From contig JAZJZK010000007.1 in the NCBI GenBank assembly GCA_040389905.1, positions 383,492-447,491 on the forward strand: a DNA stretch of 64,000 nt, given 5' to 3'. Positions within the stretch are counted from its first letter, which is position 1. Each line of letters starts with the position of its first letter. Origin of the DNA: Gemmatimonadota bacterium. GTDB taxonomy: Bacteria; Gemmatimonadota; Gemmatimonadetes; Gemmatimonadales; Gemmatimonadaceae. This document shows positions 58,621 through 64,000 of this stretch, one piece after another. The translations under genes and the position numbers were made by a program. The notes below the pieces were generated by a model. It had not been told where the DNA came from and did no database searches. It worked only from the letters and a program-made list of their open reading frames with translations.

Positions 58621-61600
58621 ATGCTCATCTTTCTCTGTATCGCGTTCGTGCTCTCTGGCGCCGCAGGTCTGGTCTACGAGTCGATCTGGACTCGGTATCT
58701 GGGGCTCTTCGTCGGCCACAGCGCATACGCGCAGGTCCTCGTCCTGGTCATCTTCCTCGGCGGCATGTCGGCCGGGGCGTACCTTGTGGGCCGGCGCACT
58801 GAGCGCGTGGTGCGACCGCTCTTCTGGTACGCGATGGTTGAACTCGCGGTCGGCGTCATCGGCCTGATGTTCCACGACGTGTTCCTGTGGGGCACGCAGA
58901 TGGCGTACGATTCGCTGTTCCCCGCGCTCGGACCCGGCATCTCGCATTCGTTTGCGAAGTGGCTCATCGCCGCGCTGCTGATCCTCCCGCAATCCATCCT
59001 GCTTGGCGCGACGTTCCCGCTGATGACGGCGGGCGCTCTGCGTCGAAACGCGGAACGTTCGGGACGAACGATTTCTCTCCTGTATTTCGCGAACAGCCTC
59101 GGCGCCGCGGGGGGCGTGCTCGTCGCAGGCTTCGTGCTGATCGACCTCGCAGGCCTGCCGGGAACGCTCGCCGCCGCGGCAATCCTCAACCTCATTGTCG
59201 CGGGCGCGGTGTTCATGGTGTCGCGCCGCTTCGAGGCCAACGTGGTCGTGGACGGCGCCAACGACAACACCGGTGAGGTGCGGGTCCTTCGCTCCGCTCA
59301 GGACGACAAAGCACCCATGGTGCTGTCGGATCACATGGTGCAGCTGCTCCTCGCCGTCAGCTTCGGCACCGCCGTGTCGTCCTTCGTGTATGAGATCGGC
59401 TGGATTCGCATGTTGTCGCTCGTCCTCGGATCCGCAACGCATTCGTTCGAGCTCATGCTCTCGGCGTTCATCCTCGGGCTGGCCTGCGGCGCCCTCGCGA
59501 TTCGAGCGAGGAACGACGGCGCGTCGTCGTCGGTGCGGACACTGGGGTACGTGCAGCTTGCCATGGGAGCGCTCGCGGTCGTGACGCTGCCCGTGTACGT
59601 CCACTCGTTCACGTGGATGGCAGACTTCATGGCGGCCTTCACGCGCGCGCCGGCCGGCTACAAGATGTTCAGCCTCTCGCGCTACTTCATCTGCCTCGTG
59701 GTCATGATACCGGCGACCTTCTGTGCGGGCATGACGTTGCCGCTCATCACGCGGCTCCTCTTGCGTGGTGGCCGCGGCGAGCGCGCGATTGGAGAAGTGT
59801 ATGCCGTCAATACCCTCGGTTCGATCGTCGGGGTGACGCTCGCGGCCCTGGTCCTGCTCCCGCTGCTCGGACTCAAGTGGTTGCTCATCGCCGGCGCGTC
59901 GATCGACGTCGCGCTGGGTGTCATCCTGATCGCGTCTGAAATCGGTACCGGTGCGCTCTGGCCTGCGCGGCGGCAGTGGGCACCGGCACTCAGCGTGGTC
60001 GCACTGTTTTTTCTCGTCGGAGCCACGACGGACTTCGATCGCGGCGTGCTCACGAGCGGCGTCTTCCGCTACGGCACCGCGCGCGCACCACGAACACCGG
60101 ATATGGCATTCTACGCTGACGGGCGTACCGCGACGGTCAGTGTGCGGCGCATCAGCTCGAGTCATGGCCTCTCCCTCTCCACCAATGGCAAGCCCGACGC
60201 ATCGCTTGGACCGGAATGGTTTCGTCCGCCGGGTGAGCGCACCGTGTTCACGCACGATGCGTCGACGCAGGTGTTGCTGCCGTTGATCCTGCTCGCGCAC
60301 GCTCCGCATGCACGCGTTGCCGCGGTCGTGGGGCAGGGATCAGGCATGTCATCGCACACGTTGCTTCAGGACCGGGACCTGACACGCGTGGTCACCATCG
60401 AGATCGAGCCTGAAATGATTCGGGCATCGAGGCAATTCTATCCAGCGAATGCGAGCGTGTTCGACGATCCCCGCTCGACATTCGCCATCGAGGATGCGCG
60501 CTCCTATTTCGCGTCGCGCAACGAGCGCTTCGACCTCATTCTTTCTGAGCCATCGACACCGTGGGTTGCCGGTGTGTCGGGGTTGTTCACGACAGAATAC
60601 TACGCGCACGTCCGCAGGTTCCTGATGCCGGCGGGTGTGTTCGGTCAATGGCTCCATCTGTCGGAGATCAACGATGGCCTCGTGTTGAGCGTGATCCGCG
60701 CACTGGCCGAAAACTTCCCTTCGTATGTCGTGTATGCGGTGGGGAATCGTGACATCCTCATCGTCGCCACCAATCAACGAACGCTGTCGGCACCAGACTG
60801 GTCGGTGTTCCAGCGCGAAGCCATCGCGAGAGAGCTGAGCCGGATTTTGCCGCTTTCTTTGCCCATTCTCGACGCGCTGCGCATGGTCAGCGGCGCAGCC
60901 CTCGCACCGCTCACCGGTGGCGGCGGTGGAAACTCCGACTTCATCCCGACGCTCGATCTCGGGGCTGAAAAGAGTCGCTTTCTGAATGAAGGCGCTGTGG
61001 GATTCGTCGGACTCGCAAGCGATCGCTTTGCGCTGGCGCCAATCCTCGAGGAGCGAAGAACGTCTGCGCTCGGCGAGACATACACGCCGATTCAGTATGT
61101 GCCACGGCTCGAGGCCATGGAGCAGTCTGCTCGCTGGCGGACGGGAAAGTTCGCCGGCGCGTCGCAGCAAATGCTTGCCGCATTCGAGCGCGCACGGTCC
61201 GTCGATCGGCTGATCGCCGCCAATGCGCCACCCGTTGACTGGCACGTGCTGGTCGGCGCCGTGGAGGAAGCCGAGGAAGTGCGGAGCGGCGGGACCTCAG
61301 GTGTCGTGGACAGTGCGTTTTTCGCAGGAGTCTTTCGGTATCTCGATGCGCAGCACGCGCCCCGAGAGGCGCATGCGGCAATCGAATTCATTCATGGGTT
61401 GTCCGCATGGGACTTTACGCAGGTGTCACAGGCGGCCGACGTTCTCATGGCTGCGGCAGAACGAAGTGACCTCTGGATGCCCGCAGACCTGCTGCGGGAG
61501 GGCACGACCGTCGCGCGCATCAAGCTCGGCGACATGCGGGGCGCTCGCTCCGCCTTCAATGCGCTGGCGGCTCGCAGCACGCGCGATGCGAACGATGCCC

Positions 61601-61665
61601 GCCCGCAACTGTTGAACGCGTGGCTGAAGGCGGACGAAGCGCGCGTGGTGCGCGCGAGCAAATAG
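58621..61665 (+). CDS. Fused MFS-like/spermidine-synthase-like membrane protein
   Basis: SGAAGLVYE, LLGATFP, YAVNTLG, TNGKPDA, GQGSG, EIEPEM, EDAR, SEPS. Confidence 0.88.
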   Translation: MLIFLCIAFVLSGAAGLVYESIWTRYLGLFVGHSAYAQVLVLVIFLGGMSAGAYLVGRRTERVVRPLFWYAMVELAVGVIGLMFHDVFLWGTQMAYDSLFPALGPGISHSFAKWLIAALLILPQSILLGATFPLMTAGALRRNAERSGRTISLLYFANSLGAAGGVLVAGFVLIDLAGLPGTLAAAAILNLIVAGAVFMVSRRFEANVVVDGANDNTGEVRVLRSAQDDKAPMVLSDHMVQLLLAVSFGTAVSSFVYEIGWIRMLSLVLGSATHSFELMLSAFILGLACGALAIRARNDGASSSVRTLGYVQLAMGALAVVTLPVYVHSFTWMADFMAAFTRAPAGYKMFSLSRYFICLVVMIPATFCAGMTLPLITRLLLRGGRGERAIGEVYAVNTLGSIVGVTLAALVLLPLLGLKWLLIAGASIDVALGVILIASEIGTGALWPARRQWAPALSVVALFFLVGATTDFDRGVLTSGVFRYGTARAPRTPDMAFYADGRTATVSVRRISSSHGLSLSTNGKPDASLGPEWFRPPGERTVFTHDASTQVLLPLILLAHAPHARVAAVVGQGSGMSSHTLLQDRDLTRVVTIEIEPEMIRASRQFYPANASVFDDPRSTFAIEDARSYFASRNERFDLILSEPSTPWVAGVSGLFTTEYYAHVRRFLMPAGVFGQWLHLSEINDGLVLSVIRALAENFPSYVVYAVGNRDILIVATNQRTLSAPDWSVFQREAIARELSRILPLSLPILDALRMVSGAALAPLTGGGGGNSDFIPTLDLGAEKSRFLNEGAVGFVGLASDRFALAPILEERRTSALGETYTPIQYVPRLEAMEQSARWRTGKFAGASQQMLAAFERARSVDRLIAANAPPVDWHVLVGAVEEAEEVRSGGTSGVVDSAFFAGVFRYLDAQHAPREAHAAIEFIHGLSAWDFTQVSQAADVLMAAAERSDLWMPADLLREGTTVARIKLGDMRGARSAFNALAARSTRDANDARPQLLNAWLKADEARVVRASK
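59276..59310. repeat. In-frame copy of the ~34-bp palindromic repeat
   Basis: AGGTGCGGGTCCTTCGCTCCGCTCAGGACGACAAA, translated as EVRVLRSAQDDK. Confidence 0.8.
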
Positions 61666-61671
61666 GGTTCG

Positions 61672-62214
61672 CTATTTCGGCAGCTTATCGAGCATCGCCT
61701 GCGCCATGGCCATGTGGGCCTGGAATGCGGGCGCGACCTTCGTGACGAGATCCTTGACCTCCTGATTCTTGAGCGCGGGAAGCAAGGTCGTCGTCACCGC
61801 GTCGATGACGGCCTTGTGATAGGCCACTTCGTGCGCGAGGAACACGCGATCGAACGCTGCGCCTTTTGTGGCCTTGAGCTTGGCGAGCGCCGCAATGTGG
61901 TCCTTCGCCATCGCGAAATCTTTTGGCGGCGTGGGCGTTACACCGAGCTTCTTGGCCAGGTCGCGTCCTTGTTGGCGGACCGCCTTGTGGTCGCGCACCA
62001 GCTGGGTCGCGAAGTCGCGAACCTCCTTCGAGGTACCCTTCGTCACGGCGAGCTGGCCGGTCTCGATATCCCAGGTGTTTGCCGCGTCGAAGATCGCGAC
62101 GATGGTCGGATCGTCGAGCTTTGGTGCCGCTTGGGACTGTGCCTGCTTCGCGAGAAGCGCAGAGGACAGGGTCAGGATCATCGCGGTCGTGATGCGTGCG
62201 TGGCGCAGTGACAT
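61672..62214 (-). CDS. DUF4142 domain exported protein
   Basis: Signal peptide, LAVTKGTSKEVRDFA..DH, GAAFDRVF, AFQAHMAMA. Confidence 0.85.
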   Translation of the reverse strand: MSLRHARITTAMILTLSSALLAKQAQSQAAPKLDDPTIVAIFDAANTWDIETGQLAVTKGTSKEVRDFATQLVRDHKAVRQQGRDLAKKLGVTPTPPKDFAMAKDHIAALAKLKATKGAAFDRVFLAHEVAYHKAVIDAVTTTLLPALKNQEVKDLVTKVAPAFQAHMAMAQAMLDKLPK

Positions 62215-62286
62215 GGGCGCAGAATCCTCTCGAAAGTGAATGCCGTCGGCGTGATTCGCGGAAATGCGATCGTCGCGGACGAGCGG

Positions 62287-62336
62287 AGGATGCACGGTCG
62301 CCAATAATTTGTCAAGTAATTACTGGTGTTATTATT
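62287..62336. promoter_or_regulatory. Symmetric operator overlapping a minus-strand promoter
   Basis: AATAAT-N6-AGTAATTACT-N6-ATTATT (62303-62336); minus strand TTGACA-N17-CATCCT. Confidence 0.6.
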
Positions 62337-62374
62337 CGACGACGTATATTTGGCCGTTCACAGCGGAGGGCGCC

Positions 62375-63010
62375 ATGCGCTGGTGGGAAAAGCAGATCGG
62401 GGGAAAAACCCGCGGGCGGATCATCGCGCTGCTCCGCCGCGCGGAGCGCACGGTCGAAGAGATCGCCGCCGACCTGGGCGTGACGGACAATGCCGTGCGC
62501 GGCCAGCTTCAGTTGCTCGAGCGTGAAGGCCTGGTGTCGACGAATGGGACGCGCCCACATGCAGTTGGCGCCGGCAAGCCGTCGCTCGTCTATCGCGTAG
62601 CGCCAGGTTCCGACGCGGCGCTGTCGACAGCCTACGCTCCGGTGTTGATCGCACTGCTCAGCACGCTGGGCGAACGTCTGACCCCTGGCGAACTCGAACG
62701 TGTGCTACGAGAGGCGGGCCAGCGACTCGCGGGCGGGGGGCCGGTTTCGAAGTCGCTCGAGGAGCGAGTTCACGCGGCCGCTCAGTTACTCACGTCGCTG
62801 GGGGCGGAACTGGATGTCGAGCAGACGGAGACTGGATACCGGCTGCGCGGGTACGCCTGTCCGCTCGCCGCAGCGGTGGAGCGGCAGCCTCTGTCGTGTG
62901 TCGCCATCCAGGAACTCGTCGCCTCGCTGACGCAGGCTGACGTGCGCGAATGCTGTGATCGCAGCAACGGGGCGCGGTGTCGCTTCGAGATCGCCGCGCG
63001 ATCGGCGTAA
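62375..63010 (+). CDS. ArsR/SufR-like HTH regulator with C-terminal cysteines
   Basis: TVEEIAADLGVTDNAVRGQL, GKP; ACPL...C...CC...CRF. Confidence 0.82.
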   Translation: MRWWEKQIGGKTRGRIIALLRRAERTVEEIAADLGVTDNAVRGQLQLLEREGLVSTNGTRPHAVGAGKPSLVYRVAPGSDAALSTAYAPVLIALLSTLGERLTPGELERVLREAGQRLAGGGPVSKSLEERVHAAAQLLTSLGAELDVEQTETGYRLRGYACPLAAAVERQPLSCVAIQELVASLTQADVRECCDRSNGARCRFEIAARSA

Positions 63011-63013
63011 GTA

Positions 63014-63100
63014 CGGGCAGGGTGGGATTCGAACCCACGATACCCTTGCGGGTACGCCGGTTTTCAAGACCGGTTCCTTCAACCACTCAGACACCTGCCC
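63014..63100 (-). tRNA. tRNA-Ser (TGA)
   Basis: GGGCAGGTGTCTGAGTGG...CCGGTCTTGAAAACCGG, long variable arm, GGTTCGAATCC. Confidence 0.96.
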
Positions 63101-63206
63101 CAGGGACGCCTTCGCGCCCATCAGACGAAAAATCACCAGTCGCGTTCTTTCGCGCCAGTGAGCGGCGAGGCGGTCAAGCATCTGACACGCAACTCAGCCG
63201 AGGTGG

Positions 63207-63333
63207 GCACCGGCACATTGAACGCGGATCGAGCGGATATAGGGCGGATCACATCTGAGGAACAACCTCAACACAGCTTGAATCAGATTTGATCAGTTTC
63301 CATTCGCTCAATCCGCGTTCAATGTGCCGGTGC
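63207..63333. repeat. Inverted repeat with 23-bp perfect ends and periodic GCGGAT units
   Basis: GCACCGGCACATTGAACGCGGAT ... ATCCGCGTTCAATGTGCCGGTGC. Confidence 0.85.
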
Positions 63334-63370
63334 GAAGCCACCTAACGTAGAAGGCCACGACGAGGCGGAG

Positions 63371-64000
63371 TCACGCCGTGCTTGGTGCCGCTTTCTCCCT
63401 GGTCGCTGCGAGGAGCAGCGTCAGTGCCGTATAGAGCACCACGACGAGCACGAGCCACATCAGATACTTGAGCGGCATCGACTTCACGATGAACGCCGCG
63501 ATGAGGACTGCCGGAAGGCCGCCGATCGCGAGCCCCAGCACCGCCTTCGCGTTGAATGCCTTCTCCTTGATGAAGCGCGCGCTCGCGACGGGCATCAGGA
63601 AGGCGCACGACCCCATCATGATCGGGAACGCGGCCTTGGGATCCATTCCGAGCAGGTAAATGAGCACCATGCAGGGCCCGTAGAGACCGATGCCAAGCGG
63701 CATCAGTGCGCCGAGGACAAAGTTGCCGGCCAACCCGATGGCGAGCCGACTGCCTTCGAGCTTGAGGAGTGTACCTCCCTTCGGTCCGATCCCGAGCTGC
63801 CCCATCAACAGAATGGCCGAGAAGATGAGTAGCGCGAGACCCATGCTGATCTGGATGTTGCGGCGCGGCCACCCCACCGCCACGCCGGCGCCGATCCACG
63901 ACCCGATGACGGCGGCGCCGATCATGAGAATGAGCGTCATCGAGTCCACCGGCACGAGCCGCGTGAAGATGTACGCCTGCGCGATCGTGGGGATGGTATG
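63371..64000 (-). CDS. TauE/SafE-like permease, 5' end outside window
   Basis: Hydrophobic; LGALMPLGIGLYGP, AFPIMMGSCAFL, GGLPAVLIAAFIVKS. Confidence 0.75.
   Translation of the reverse strand, partial: HTIPTIAQAYIFTRLVPVDSMTLILMIGAAVIGSWIGAGVAVGWPRRNIQISMGLALLIFSAILLMGQLGIGPKGGTLLKLEGSRLAIGLAGNFVLGALMPLGIGLYGPCMVLIYLLGMDPKAAFPIMMGSCAFLMPVASARFIKEKAFNAKAVLGLAIGGLPAVLIAAFIVKSMPLKYLMWLVLVVVLYTALTLLLAATREKAAPSTA

Noticed and set aside
58456..60309. Long antisense ORFs (617 aa here; also 14492-15991, 36743-38332, 45893-47365)
   Set aside because: Shadow frames of well-supported genes in GC-rich DNA, with no recognisable motifs.
58512..63013. Integrative island between the two tRNA-Ser genes
   Set aside because: No integrase, no duplicated tRNA 3' end and no obvious composition shift.
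63014..63100. Selenocysteine or suppressor tRNA
   Set aside because: Anticodon is TGA (reads UCA, Ser), not TCA, and the structure is an ordinary tRNA-Ser.
2521..63333. CRISPR array among the repeats
   Set aside because: No identical direct repeats with regular unique spacers and no cas genes.

Overview
A GC-rich bacterial core-genome segment; gene content and order suggest Gemmatimonadota (inference only). It holds about 60 CDS, mostly housekeeping: rpmE-prfA-prmC-tmk, aroF, lolA, smc, rsfS, rpsF-rpsR-DUF2232-rplI, ispE-tRNA-Gln-prs-rplY-pth-ychF, pdxJ, mce, trxA, rsmI, a JAB-DinG fusion, lexA and gltX. There are three tRNAs (Gln-TTG, Ser-GCT, Ser-TGA), several signalling genes and an uncharacterised DUF4159 cluster. 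I saw no CRISPR array, prophage, integrase or transposase. The most interesting signals are mostly non-coding. (1) The rplY (L25) leader contains a near-exact copy of 5S rRNA loop E inside a small 5S-like three-way junction, a candidate autoregulatory RNA mimic. (2) prfA lacks an ATG/GTG/TTG start for its full-length N-terminus and follows the rpmE UGA stop in frame. (3) A ~60-bp unit forms paired inverted repeats beside a four-helix-bundle gene and again 23 kb away. (4) A ~34-bp palindromic repeat has six copies, some in frame inside proteins. (5) Several long intergenic fold-backs are built from 6-, 7- or ~9-bp periodic units. All product calls come from motif recognition by eye, without database searches.
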